Assembly: GCA_964551945.1 (NCBI GenBank)
Contig: CAZKFH010000001.1
Span: 11,036 to 75,035, forward strand
Direction: 5' to 3'
DNA: 64,000 nucleotides
Origin: an uncultured Actinomycetes bacterium
GTDB taxonomy: Bacteria; Actinomycetota; UBA4738; CALAEC01
Positions 27,546 to 37,101 of this stretch are shown here, one piece after another. Both the position numbers and the translations under genes were made by a program. Each line of letters starts with the position of its first letter. The first letter of the stretch is position 1. Under the pieces are notes generated by a model that saw only the letters and a list, made by a program, of their open reading frames with translations, was not told the origin of the DNA and did no database searches.

Positions 27546-30500
27546 ATGCGCACGCGCTTCCTCGTCTCCGCGATCGCTCTCGGCCTGGTCGTGTCCGTGG
27601 CCACGCCGGCGTCAGCGACGTTCCCCTTCCCGAATCCGCCACCCTTGGAGGTGTACGACTACAAGAAGCACCTGTTCATCAACAACGGGAGCTGCGAGGG
27701 GGCCTTGACGAACGGGCGCCCTGCGGGGTCAGACCTCCCGACCCACTTTCATTGCGAGGGCGATTGGAAGTTCACGGATCGTCGCGACACGAGCGATCCT
27801 GCGGTCAGGGACAACCCGCAAGAGTTGTACGGCATCCGGGGGACCGGCATGAACCGTGCCTGGGAGGTCTCGACGGGCCGTCCGGACGTCGTCATCGCGG
27901 TGATGGACTCCGGCATCATGTGGGAGCACCAGCAGCCGGGCCTCACCCGCAAGTACTACTTGAATCGCAGAGAACTCCCCCTTCCGCAGGGAGGTCCCAA
28001 CGTCGCGGATACTCGATTCGGCGGCTACGACGTCAATGGCGACGGTGGGTTCAACGCGCTCGACTACGTCGGCCATCCGGGTGTTTCGGACTTGAACGGC
28101 AACACCGTGATCGACCCCGAGGACCTGATCAGGATCTTCAGCGACGGGTTCGATGGGTTCGGTGCCAACAACGAGCAGAACGGCTACGTGGACGACATCT
28201 CGGGATGGGACTTCTTCGAGAACGACAACAACCCGCAGGACGACTCGGACTACGGGCACGGTACTGGTGAGGCGAAGGACTCGACCCACGAGGCGGATAT
28301 CCCCGGTGATGACGGCATGTGTCCGAACTGCATGATGATGCCGATGCGGGTCGGCGACTCCTTCGTTGCCGACGTGAACCACTGGGCCGAGGCCGTCGTC
28401 TACGCGACCGACAACGGAGTGAGCGTGGTGCAGGAAGCACTTGGCACGCTCAATCACTCCTCCTTCGGGCAGGCTGCCGCGGACTACGCGTACCGGAACG
28501 GGGTGATCATCAATGCGTCCGAGGCGGACGAGGCGGCCGGTCACCACAACTGGCCGGCGGCTTACGACCACACGATGGTCGTGAACTCCGTGCGCAACCG
28601 CTCCCTTCCCTCGACCACGCCCAACTCCTATCTGTATTTCAACGGCTGTACCAACTACGGGAGCTACACGTTCGTCTCGATCCCGTCCACGTCATGCTCG
28701 TCCGAGGCAACCGGGCGGTCTGCGGGGGTTTCCGGTCTTCTGTACTCGGCGGCTCTCAACGCGATCGAGTCCGGCCACATGACCCGATATATCCGCGACG
28801 ACAACACGGTCGCGCCTTTCCCGCTCTCGGCCGAGGAGGCCATGCAGCTCTGGCGTTTGGCCGGCGACGACATCGACTTCTCGACCCCCTGCGCCGGCGC
28901 CGCTCCTGGACCGCCGGCGCATGAGTTCTGCGACGACGGGGCAGCGGTGGGTGTTACCACGCCCTCCGCTCCTCCCAACAACTACGGGACGACGATCCCG
29001 GACTCGCGCCGGTACCAGAGCGCCCGCGGATGGGACTACTTCTTCGGCTACGGCCGGCTGAACGCTGCACGCCTGTTGCGATTCGTCGGGCGGGATGGGG
29101 CTCGGGAATATCTCCCGACCGGCCCCTTCGGCGTCGGGGACAGCCTTCTCTCGGCGCAGGACCGGATCCCGCCCGAGGCCGACATCGCTTGGCCTCCCCG
29201 TTGGCGTCAGTACGGATACGACCAGGACCAAGACCTTTTGCTCCCCGACGATCCGAGTGCGCCGGACCAGATCGTGGTGCGCGGTCGTGTGGCTGCGAAC
29301 CGGGTGACCGCGCTTGCCGGAGGGACCTTCGATTGGAAGCTCGAATGGGCGCCCGAGGTACAGGGCCCGCTCGGCACGGGCGGCGTCCTCGCGGCGCCCG
29401 GGAGTCAGGAGAAGAGCGACGGCCCATGGACGGTGGCGGCCCAAGGCGCGGGTCGCACGTCCGCGATGGAGGGAGAGCTCGGGAGGATCGATATCGATGA
29501 CGTCGTGGCCGCCCATCAGCTCCAGCCACCACCGTTCGACCCGCTCACCGATCCAACGAGTGAGTTCCTTCCCGAGCAGTATGCCGTTCGCATCCGGGTG
29601 CGGGTCATTTCGCACCCGGCGAATCATCCGGGGACTGCCGTTGACGAGTCCGTGATCGACACTGTCAACAACGAGGCGGTCCTGCAGAAGCAGATCGACG
29701 TCTACCCCGCGACGGAGTCCCTCATACGCTACGACCTCGGCGTCAACGGCCGACGCGCCGGCGGGGCCGGCGCTCCGTCCTTCCACGACGTCGACGGCGA
29801 CGGGAGGGACGAGCTCCTCTTGCCGACGGAAGATGGCGTGATCCACGCGTATACGGACGCACAGCAAGGAACCGAGCTCCCCGGATGGCCCGTGCACACG
29901 GAGCGCTACCCGGGGATCCGAGATACTGGAACGAACGGGTATAGCAAGGGGCTGGTGCCCAAGGACGTCTATGGGTCCATCCTGCTCGGGACCGTTGCCG
30001 CCGCCGACCTCGACGACGATGGCGATCTGGAGGTCATGGCCGCGGACATGGAGGGCAAGCTCTACGCATGGGAGCCCGACGGCTCGATCCGTCCAGGTTT
30101 CCCCGTGAGCGTCGATCGCTCCCTGTCGAAGGAACCGCCGTGCGGTCCCGCCACGATCCCTGCGTGCGACGACTATGCTCCGGGCCCCTCCACGCCGGGC
30201 GGGATCCGCGATGAGCACAACGACCGGGACTGGGGCATCAACTCCACGCCAGCGATCGGCGACCTCGACCCTGCCTACCCAGGGCTCGAGATCGTGAGCG
30301 GCAGCAACGACGCTCACATCTACGCCTGGCACGAGGACGGGACGCTCGTGGAGGGTTGGCCTGTCGTTCTCCGTGACCCCGCGAAGGTGGCGACGATGGA
30401 CCCGAGCACACGACACTGGACATATACGAACGACGCCCGTGCCGAGCAGGGAACGAAGGTGGTGGTCACTCCCAGCCTCGGCGACCTCGACCAGGACGGC

Positions 30501-32378
30501 GACCTCGAGGTCGTGGTGGGCGTGAACGAGCAGTACGTGGAGCCGGTGAATGCCAGCGCCGCCACGAGCCCTCTGACCGAGGTCATCCAGAAGCAGGATG
30601 AGTATGCCAATCAGCTGAACGATCAGTGTCAAGCGACCGCGGAGGAGATCTTCGACGAGGATTGTCCCGGTGAGCTACCGGGCGGGCTGATCACGCCGGG
30701 AAATACGAGGATCTACGCTCTCCACAGCGACGGGAGCGACCACCCCCAAACGCCGGAAACCTCGTCGACCCCGCATGTCCACGATCAAGCGTACGTCTCG
30801 GGCTGGCCCGTCCCGATCGCGATGGTCGAGACCGGGCTGCTGCCCTATGTCGGAGAGGGAACGAACAGCCAGGCGGTCATCGCGAACTTCGACGCTGCCT
30901 TGGATCCGAAGCTGGAGGTTGCGATCGCCTCGATCGCCGGGCCCGGCTACGTGCTCGAACACGATGGGAAGTCGTTCTACGGGAACGATCCACAGGGTCG
31001 GCACATCACGCTCCAGCACTCACCACCAAGCGGGGGATCCGGCTCGGACGACACTCCCGCGTATATGGCCGTCGGAGCCCTCGCGGCGGGATCTCTGGAT
31101 CTGGGAGTGCACCTCTCGATCGTGGGACCGACGGCGGGACTCAAGCGCCTGATCGACATCGCCTTGGAGGAACAGCAACTCGGAGCCGAGGATCAGCTGG
31201 GAATGTGGAACGGCCCCACGGGGGCTTACGAAGCGAACAAGCCGATCGTCGTCAACGACCTGCAATTCTTCACGGAGCCAGTGATCGCCGACGTTACCGG
31301 AGAGGGTGCGGCCGAGGTCATCCAGAGCACGGCGATGAGCGACCTCGTTGTCGCGGGCATCGACGACAACAGCGCAACGGCGGAGCGGCACTTCACCGGC
31401 GGGTGGGGCGTAACGGCTGCCGGTGTTGGGGACCCGCCGCTGGGAACCGACGACGGGCGCTTACACATCGCACAGGTGACCAGGGAAGGATTCCTCAGGC
31501 TGTATCAGACCGACGTTGCGGCAAACGGGCAGGCGAACGGGGCGGATTGCACCGCCCTTTCCCAGTGGCCCGAGTACGGACACGACGCCCGGAACTCCGG
31601 GAACTACCACACGGACGGCGAGCGGCCCTACCCGGTGAAGAACCTGCAGGCTGTCCCAGCCTCGGACGGAAGCGTGACGCTGAGCTTCACGGCCACCGGG
31701 GACGACCGCACGTGCGGCGGAGCGCAGGGGTATCGCGTCCGCATCATCGATGGGTCCGCGGCCGACCCCGAGTGGGAGGACGGCGTGAGTGAGATCACGG
31801 TCCCCACCGACAAGCAGGCGGGCGAGCCCGACTCTATCAACCTGCCTCCGCTTCCTCCGGGCACGTACACCCTCATGGTCCGGGCGGACGACGACGCCGG
31901 CAACGGTTCGGCGATCTCCTCCGTCATCGTCACGATCTCCTCGTCCAGCGTGCCCCCACAGGGCGGACAGGGAGGACCCGGAGGACCAAATGGTCAGCTC
32001 CCCCAGGGAGAGGGAACGCTGCCTCCCGGATCCGGAGTGCCGGTCCCGGTGCTCTGCCCGGGCCTCGAGGACGTGACGGGCAACCACGTCGTGGGGACGC
32101 CGGGTGCCGACAGGATCGTCGGTACCCCCGGGCGGGACATCATCTGTGGGCTCGGCGGCGACGATGAGCTGTCCGGTCGCGGAGGAAACGATTTGATCGT
32201 CGGCGCGGGCGGGGATGATCGCATCCGGGGCGGCAGAGAGATCGACGCCCTCCGGGGCGGTGCCGGATCCGACAACCTGTCGGGTGGACCGCAGGATGAC
32301 CGGCTCCGTGGCGGGTCGCAGCGGGATCGCTGCCGCGGCGGCGGTGGGCAGAACGAGCTGCACTCCTGTGAGTACTAG
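27546..32378 (+). CDS. Large secreted S8 subtilase-like protein with FG-GAP repeats and C-terminal Gly/Asp Ca-binding repeats
   Basis: IAVMDSG (Asp), GHGT (His), SCSSEATG (Ser region); DVNGDG/DLNGN EF-like loops; DVDGDG/DLDDDG FG-GAP repeats; GGxGxD repeats at the C-terminus. Confidence 0.8.
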   Translation: MRTRFLVSAIALGLVVSVATPASATFPFPNPPPLEVYDYKKHLFINNGSCEGALTNGRPAGSDLPTHFHCEGDWKFTDRRDTSDPAVRDNPQELYGIRGTGMNRAWEVSTGRPDVVIAVMDSGIMWEHQQPGLTRKYYLNRRELPLPQGGPNVADTRFGGYDVNGDGGFNALDYVGHPGVSDLNGNTVIDPEDLIRIFSDGFDGFGANNEQNGYVDDISGWDFFENDNNPQDDSDYGHGTGEAKDSTHEADIPGDDGMCPNCMMMPMRVGDSFVADVNHWAEAVVYATDNGVSVVQEALGTLNHSSFGQAAADYAYRNGVIINASEADEAAGHHNWPAAYDHTMVVNSVRNRSLPSTTPNSYLYFNGCTNYGSYTFVSIPSTSCSSEATGRSAGVSGLLYSAALNAIESGHMTRYIRDDNTVAPFPLSAEEAMQLWRLAGDDIDFSTPCAGAAPGPPAHEFCDDGAAVGVTTPSAPPNNYGTTIPDSRRYQSARGWDYFFGYGRLNAARLLRFVGRDGAREYLPTGPFGVGDSLLSAQDRIPPEADIAWPPRWRQYGYDQDQDLLLPDDPSAPDQIVVRGRVAANRVTALAGGTFDWKLEWAPEVQGPLGTGGVLAAPGSQEKSDGPWTVAAQGAGRTSAMEGELGRIDIDDVVAAHQLQPPPFDPLTDPTSEFLPEQYAVRIRVRVISHPANHPGTAVDESVIDTVNNEAVLQKQIDVYPATESLIRYDLGVNGRRAGGAGAPSFHDVDGDGRDELLLPTEDGVIHAYTDAQQGTELPGWPVHTERYPGIRDTGTNGYSKGLVPKDVYGSILLGTVAAADLDDDGDLEVMAADMEGKLYAWEPDGSIRPGFPVSVDRSLSKEPPCGPATIPACDDYAPGPSTPGGIRDEHNDRDWGINSTPAIGDLDPAYPGLEIVSGSNDAHIYAWHEDGTLVEGWPVVLRDPAKVATMDPSTRHWTYTNDARAEQGTKVVVTPSLGDLDQDGDLEVVVGVNEQYVEPVNASAATSPLTEVIQKQDEYANQLNDQCQATAEEIFDEDCPGELPGGLITPGNTRIYALHSDGSDHPQTPETSSTPHVHDQAYVSGWPVPIAMVETGLLPYVGEGTNSQAVIANFDAALDPKLEVAIASIAGPGYVLEHDGKSFYGNDPQGRHITLQHSPPSGGSGSDDTPAYMAVGALAAGSLDLGVHLSIVGPTAGLKRLIDIALEEQQLGAEDQLGMWNGPTGAYEANKPIVVNDLQFFTEPVIADVTGEGAAEVIQSTAMSDLVVAGIDDNSATAERHFTGGWGVTAAGVGDPPLGTDDGRLHIAQVTREGFLRLYQTDVAANGQANGADCTALSQWPEYGHDARNSGNYHTDGERPYPVKNLQAVPASDGSVTLSFTATGDDRTCGGAQGYRVRIIDGSAADPEWEDGVSEITVPTDKQAGEPDSINLPPLPPGTYTLMVRADDDAGNGSAISSVIVTISSSSVPPQGGQGGPGGPNGQLPQGEGTLPPGSGVPVPVLCPGLEDVTGNHVVGTPGADRIVGTPGRDIICGLGGDDELSGRGGNDLIVGAGGDDRIRGGREIDALRGGAGSDNLSGGPQDDRLRGGSQRDRCRGGGGQNELHSCEY

Positions 32379-33454
32379 CGTCGCAGGGTTTCGCGCTCGA
32401 CAGTGACCTGCTCGAGAACCTCGGGGATTGGCTCGACCCCGATTCCTGCTCCGGTCGGCACCGCCATCGTCCCGTCGGCGTCGACCACGAACGGCTCGGT
32501 CAGGTCTCGTTCGAAGTAGCGTTCGGACGCGCTCGTGTCGCCCGGCATCGTGAATCCTGGAAGGGCCGCGAGCGCGACGTTCGCGGCGCGACCGATCCCC
32601 GTCTCCAGCATGCCGCCGACCCACAGGGAGACGCCGGCAGCCCGTGCGATCTCGTGGATGCGAATGGCCTCGACGAAACCGCCGACGCGTCCGAGCTTCA
32701 CGTTGATCACCCGGCACGCGTCGAGCTCGATCGCTCCGCGCGCCGCTGTCGACGACGTGATGGTCTCGTCGAGGCAGATCGGCGTTCGCAACTTCGCCTG
32801 AAGCCTCGCGTGTCCACTGACGTCGTCTTCCGGAAGCGGCTGCTCGATGTACTCGAGGTCAAGATCGTCGAGCGGCAGAAGGGTGTCCACGGTCTCGCGT
32901 GAGTACGCGGTGTTCGCATCGACGGACAACGGCAGTTCGGGGAAGCCTGCGCGGACGGCGCGGACGATGTCCACGTCGCGCCCGGGCTCGATCTTCAGCT
33001 TCACGCGACGGTATCCGGAGCTCACGTAGCCGTTCACGAGCTCCAAGAGCTCGTTCACATCCTGCTCCATCCCCACGCTGACACCGCAGGGAACGCGGCT
33101 GCGCTCGGCGCCGAGGTGGGCGGCCAGCGACACACCGGAGCGGCGAAGGTCGAGGTCGGTGCGCGCGACCTCGAGCGCGGCCTTCGACATGTGGTGGCCG
33201 CTCACACGATCGGGGCGTCCGGCGAGGGCGGCGGGGATCAGCTCGTCACGAAGGATCGCCCATGCGCCACCGGTCCACTCCGCCGAATACCCGGGGCGCT
33301 CCATGGCCGTGCACTCGCCCCATCCCTCCATGCCGTCGTCGCCGATCGCCCGGACCAGCACGCACTCCTTCTCGGTCGAGGTTCCGAAGGAGGTCGTGAA
33401 GGGGCGAACGAGTGGGAGCCGGACCAGCAACAGCTCGACCGCGGCGAGCGTCAT
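32375..33454 (-). CDS. menC: o-succinylbenzoate synthase / N-succinylamino acid racemase (enolase superfamily)
   Basis: KLKI, VDAN, IEQP, LDE, NVKLGRVGG, GGMLETGIGRA, PGDTSAS. Confidence 0.85.
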   Translation of the reverse strand: MTLAAVELLLVRLPLVRPFTTSFGTSTEKECVLVRAIGDDGMEGWGECTAMERPGYSAEWTGGAWAILRDELIPAALAGRPDRVSGHHMSKAALEVARTDLDLRRSGVSLAAHLGAERSRVPCGVSVGMEQDVNELLELVNGYVSSGYRRVKLKIEPGRDVDIVRAVRAGFPELPLSVDANTAYSRETVDTLLPLDDLDLEYIEQPLPEDDVSGHARLQAKLRTPICLDETITSSTAARGAIELDACRVINVKLGRVGGFVEAIRIHEIARAAGVSLWVGGMLETGIGRAANVALAALPGFTMPGDTSASERYFERDLTEPFVVDADGTMAVPTGAGIGVEPIPEVLEQVTVERETLRR

Positions 33455-34242
33455 GACCGTTCCAGGAGGTAGCCCGCCCGCCGGTCGAAGCCCACCGCGC
33501 GGAAGTCCTGGTCGAACGCGCTCTCGAGCGCGTCGCCGACGGCGTCCCGCCAGACCCGGGCGAGGTCGGGGTCCTCCTCCCGCATCTGGTGGTAGGTCGG
33601 CGGCACGAACACCCATGTTGACGGCGCGTCCGGAACCAGCGGCGCATGAGCGGGGCGGCCGTCCGCCGCGACCAGGATGGCGCCGGACCCGGAATCACCC
33701 TGTCGATCGTCGAGGTCCGCAAGCCCGAGGGCCTGGAGGACCCGATCCGATCGCAGCTCCCAGAGCACCTCGAGTCGGTCGGAACGATCGCCACGGTTGA
33801 ACGCATCCTGCATCTCGCCGTAGTAGTTCCGGTGGAATCGTACGGCGACCGCTCGGAGCTTCACGAGGTTGAAGTACGCGTTGCGGGCGACCATCGGGTC
33901 GAACGTCCACGTGACGTGCTCGATCCCGTGTTCGAGGCACCATTCGCGCTGGGCCGCCTTGAGCATCCAGCCGACACCGTGATGTTGCGCCTCCGGGAGG
34001 ACGCCGGTGATGTGGGAATGCAGCGTGGTCCGACCGTCGACGAGGCCGATCACACCGACCTGGGCGCCGACGAGCTCGTCTCCCCGAAACGCGCCGAGCA
34101 CCTGGCCACCGTGCGAGGCCATCGCCCAGAGGAGGGGAGTGCCGATCACTCGCTGTTCGCCCCAGACGCGGTCGAACAGCTCGGCGGCATCGCGGGCACG
34201 TTGCAGAGTGTCGATCGGGTGAACGGTGATCTCGTCAGCCAT
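33451..34242 (-). CDS. GNAT acyltransferase (N-succinyltransferase-like)
   Basis: LHSHITGV, GVG..LK.AQR, WTFDP..RNA.FN..KL, SDRLEV.W. Confidence 0.85.
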   Translation of the reverse strand: MADEITVHPIDTLQRARDAAELFDRVWGEQRVIGTPLLWAMASHGGQVLGAFRGDELVGAQVGVIGLVDGRTTLHSHITGVLPEAQHHGVGWMLKAAQREWCLEHGIEHVTWTFDPMVARNAYFNLVKLRAVAVRFHRNYYGEMQDAFNRGDRSDRLEVLWELRSDRVLQALGLADLDDRQGDSGSGAILVAADGRPAHAPLVPDAPSTWVFVPPTYHQMREEDPDLARVWRDAVGDALESAFDQDFRAVGFDRRAGYLLERS

Positions 34243-35296
34243 CGGCGAGGAGGCTCTCGAGCAGGCGGACGAGCATCTCCGCGCGCCGCGGCATCTCCTC
34301 GACCAGCACGTGCTCCTCGCGCGCATGTGCTCCGTCGCCAACGGGGCCGAGGCCGTCCAGGGTTGGCACACCGAGTGCCGCGGTGAAGTTCCCGTCACTG
34401 GCGCCTCCGACCTCCGCGGTCCCGAAGTCGTAGCCAAGCGCGGCCACTCGCTCGTACAGATCCTCGCTGTACTTGCGCTCCATCGGCATGCGGTTCACGC
34501 CGCCGCTGATCGAGATGCGCGCGCCCAGGCGGATGGGTTGCAGCGCCTGCATCTCGCGGTCCACGCGCTCGGCTTCATCCGCGGACCACATACGAACGTC
34601 CACCGCGCACCAGGAGGATTCGGGGACGACGTTGTTGGCGGTGCCCCCCCCGAGCATGGTGACGGTGACCGTGGTGCCGGTCTCGGGGCGGCCCATCGCG
34701 GTGATCGCGTGGATCTGATCGGCGAGCTCGAGTGCGGCGTTGATGCCTTGCTCCGGCGCGAGCCCCGCGTGCGACGCGCGCCCCTTGACGTCGACGCGCC
34801 AGGTCCCCGTGCCCTTTCGAGCCACCTTCAGCTTCGTCCCGTGCGCCGGCTCCAACACGAGCACGGCCCGCGCGGACCGGGCGTGATCCTCGATGAGCGG
34901 GCGCGACGTGGTGCTGCCGATCTCCTCGTCACCGGTGAACAGGATCGTGACGGGACCTTCGGGCACCTCGCGGAGTGCCCACAGACACTGCACGATGCCG
35001 CCCTTCATGTCGAACGTCCCGGGCCCGCGCGCGACGCCGTCCTCGACCGTGAACGGGAAATCGGCGAGCGTGCCACGCGGCCACACGGTGTCGAAGTGGC
35101 ACAGGAGAAGGACGGGTCGATCCCCGGGCCGCTGCCAGACGCGGTGGGCTCCGACGCGCTCCGTGCCCGAGCCGAGCATCTCTCGGCACAGCTCGTCGAT
35201 AAGATCGCCGCATCGCTCGATCCCGTCGCGGTCGGTCGAGAACGACTCCGCTTCGACGAGACGCCGGAGCGTCTCGGTCATCTCAGAGGTGTTCAC
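34235..35296 (-). CDS. M20 metallopeptidase (carboxypeptidase G2-like)
   Basis: HFDTVW, DMKGG, DEEIGS, GGASDGN, AHAREEH. Confidence 0.9.
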   Translation of the reverse strand: MNTSEMTETLRRLVEAESFSTDRDGIERCGDLIDELCREMLGSGTERVGAHRVWQRPGDRPVLLLCHFDTVWPRGTLADFPFTVEDGVARGPGTFDMKGGIVQCLWALREVPEGPVTILFTGDEEIGSTTSRPLIEDHARSARAVLVLEPAHGTKLKVARKGTGTWRVDVKGRASHAGLAPEQGINAALELADQIHAITAMGRPETGTTVTVTMLGGGTANNVVPESSWCAVDVRMWSADEAERVDREMQALQPIRLGARISISGGVNRMPMERKYSEDLYERVAALGYDFGTAEVGGASDGNFTAALGVPTLDGLGPVGDGAHAREEHVLVEEMPRRAEMLVRLLESLLADG

Positions 35297-36015
35297 ACCT
35301 TCGGTCGCTTGAGGATGCCGAGGTCGTACATGAGGGCTGCGATGGTTCCCCCGATGATCGGGCCCAGGAAGTAGACCCAGATCCCGACGGTCTCACCGCT
35401 GACGATGGCCGGTCCGAACGACCGTGCCGGGTTCATCGCCGCGCCGGTGAAGGGGCCGCCCATCATGATGTCCATCGCGATCGTGAAGCCGATGGCGAGC
35501 CCCGCGATCTTGTTGAACGAGCCGTCGGAGTCGACCGCGGTGGCGAACACGACCCATACGAGAAGGAAGGTGAGCACGGCCTCGATCGCGATCGCCTGCC
35601 AGTCGGCCAGACCGAGGTTGACCTGCGGGGTCCCCAGCTTCGCCGGTTCCCACAGTGACCCCGGAAGCAGCACGCGCAGGGCGAGCGCGCCGAGTGCCGC
35701 TGCCGCGAGCTGCGTGAGGATGTAGAGCCCCGCGGCGCCGGTGCCGATCCGGCGGGTGACCCAGATGGCGAGCGTGACGGCGGGGTTGAAGTGGCCACCG
35801 GAGACGTGGCCGACGGCCGAGACCATGACCCCGATCGCCAGTCCGTGGGCGAGCGCGATGGTGATCAGGCCGGCCCCGCCCGCTCCCGGCTGGCCGAAGG
35901 CGCCGCTGGCGGCACCGGCCTCGTTCGCGGCGATGATCGAGCCGGCACCGATGAAGATGAGCGTGAACGTGCCGACGGCTTCCGCAAGCAGACGCTGACC
36001 GATCGGTCGATCCAT
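35293..36015 (-). CDS. MIP/aquaporin channel
   Basis: SGGHFNPAVT and MNPARSFGP. Confidence 0.95.
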   Translation of the reverse strand: MDRPIGQRLLAEAVGTFTLIFIGAGSIIAANEAGAASGAFGQPGAGGAGLITIALAHGLAIGVMVSAVGHVSGGHFNPAVTLAIWVTRRIGTGAAGLYILTQLAAAALGALALRVLLPGSLWEPAKLGTPQVNLGLADWQAIAIEAVLTFLLVWVVFATAVDSDGSFNKIAGLAIGFTIAMDIMMGGPFTGAAMNPARSFGPAIVSGETVGIWVYFLGPIIGGTIAALMYDLGILKRPKV

Positions 36016-36177
36016 GTCCCCTCTCCTTTCTCTTCGTCGCAGGCATCCTGCGAGAGGAGTTCGTGTGCGGAGATGCTACTCTTTGAGCGTCTGGGCCTCC
36101 GGGCTCGGACCTCGGCGGCGGGGCGACGCGGGCACGCCCCGCCGCCACTTTTATGGGTGGTACCCTCGGTCCCTCCC

Positions 36178-36252
36178 GGGCGCGTAGCTCAGCGGGAGAG
36201 CGCTCGCCTCACACGCGAGAGGTCGCAGGTTCAAAACCTGCCGCGCCCACCA
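36178..36252 (+). tRNA. tRNA-Val (CAC)
   Basis: GGGCGCG/CGCGCCC acceptor stem, TAGCTCAG D-arm, CTCGC-CT CAC AC-GCGAG anticodon arm, GGTTCAAA T-loop, encoded CCA. Confidence 0.95.
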
Positions 36253-36263
36253 CACACGAAAGA

Positions 36264-36294
36264 GATCCGGCCCGAGCTTCCCCCGGACCGGATC
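36264..36294. terminator. Hairpin downstream of tRNA
   Basis: GATCCGG...CCGGATC inverted repeat between tRNA and a convergent small ORF. Confidence 0.55.
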
Positions 36295-36314
36295 CCTGCT
36301 TCGTGTCGAGCCGA

Positions 36315-36563
36315 CTAGTCGTTCTGGCCGGGGGGAGCGTTGCCCCCCTTGTTCTTGTTGGTGCTCTCCTCCTCGTGGCTGCTGTTGAAGCTGCCCTTCT
36401 TGGAGGACTCAGTCGTCCAGTTCTTGTTCTTGCCTTCCTCGGTGCAGTGGATCGTGCCGCGGACCTTCGTGCATCCGGGTGGCAGGTTCCCGGCCGATGA
36501 GCTGGGAGCCAGGCCGAGGATCAGCGTCGAAATGACGGACGAGATCAGTAGAGCTCTGCGCAA
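36315..36563 (-). CDS. Small secreted protein (82 aa, two Cys)
   Basis: GGAGGAGG RBS before TTG; signal peptide ending SSA; hydrophilic mature part. Confidence 0.6.
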   Translation of the reverse strand: MRRALLISSVISTLILGLAPSSSAGNLPPGCTKVRGTIHCTEEGKNKNWTTESSKKGSFNSSHEEESTNKNKGGNAPPGQND

Positions 36564-36657
36564 GCTGGTTCACCTCCTCCGAGTGCGGCTGACCTGACCC
36601 TACTACCCGTGACACGGAGGGTGGAAACGAGAGATGGACGAGAAGGGAACGATCGGG

Positions 36658-37101
36658 TCAGTCGGCGCCCGGGGTCTCCAGGGAGGCAACCGCTTCCAGG
36701 CCGTGGAGGTAGCTTCGCCAGCCGAAGCCGCTCACCACTCCCACGCAGGCGCCGGCGACGATGTCCGTGTGCCGGAACTCCTCGCGGGCCGCGGGGTTGG
36801 ACAGGTGCACCTCGATGACGGGCAGGCTCACCGCGGCGATGGCATCTCGGATGGCCACGCTCGTGTGCGAGTACCCGCCGGGGTTGATCAGGATCGCGTC
36901 GGCCCATCCATCCGCGTCCTGGATCAGGGACACGAGCTCTCCCTCGATGTTCGACTGCGCGGTCACCACCTCGCTGCCGAGCTCCTTGCCGCGCTGGACG
37001 ATGAAGACGTTGATCTGCTCGAGCGTGAGGTTCCCGTAGACGTCCGGCTCCCGCGTCCCGAGCAGGTTGAGGTTCGGCCCGTGGAGCACGAGGATCTTCA
37101 C
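36658..37101 (-). CDS. aroQ: Type II 3-dehydroquinate dehydratase
   Basis: [38 protein letters not shown]. Confidence 0.95.
   Translation of the reverse strand: MKILVLHGPNLNLLGTREPDVYGNLTLEQINVFIVQRGKELGSEVVTAQSNIEGELVSLIQDADGWADAILINPGGYSHTSVAIRDAIAAVSLPVIEVHLSNPAAREEFRHTDIVAGACVGVVSGFGWRSYLHGLEAVASLETPGAD

Noticed and set aside
28692-30632. 646-aa minus-strand ORF and similar long overlapping ORFs (e.g. 55693-57201, 40522-42006, 23421-24827)
   Set aside because: Alternative-frame or antisense shadows of well-supported genes, with no recognisable motifs
36155-36168. GGGTGGTACC resembling a T-box core
   Set aside because: Lies about 10 nt before a tRNA gene with no stem I or regulated CDS; better explained as an extended -10 (TGnTACCCT)
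36178-36320. tRNA-Val as an integration site
   Set aside because: No integrase in the window, and I found no duplicated tRNA 3' end by eye
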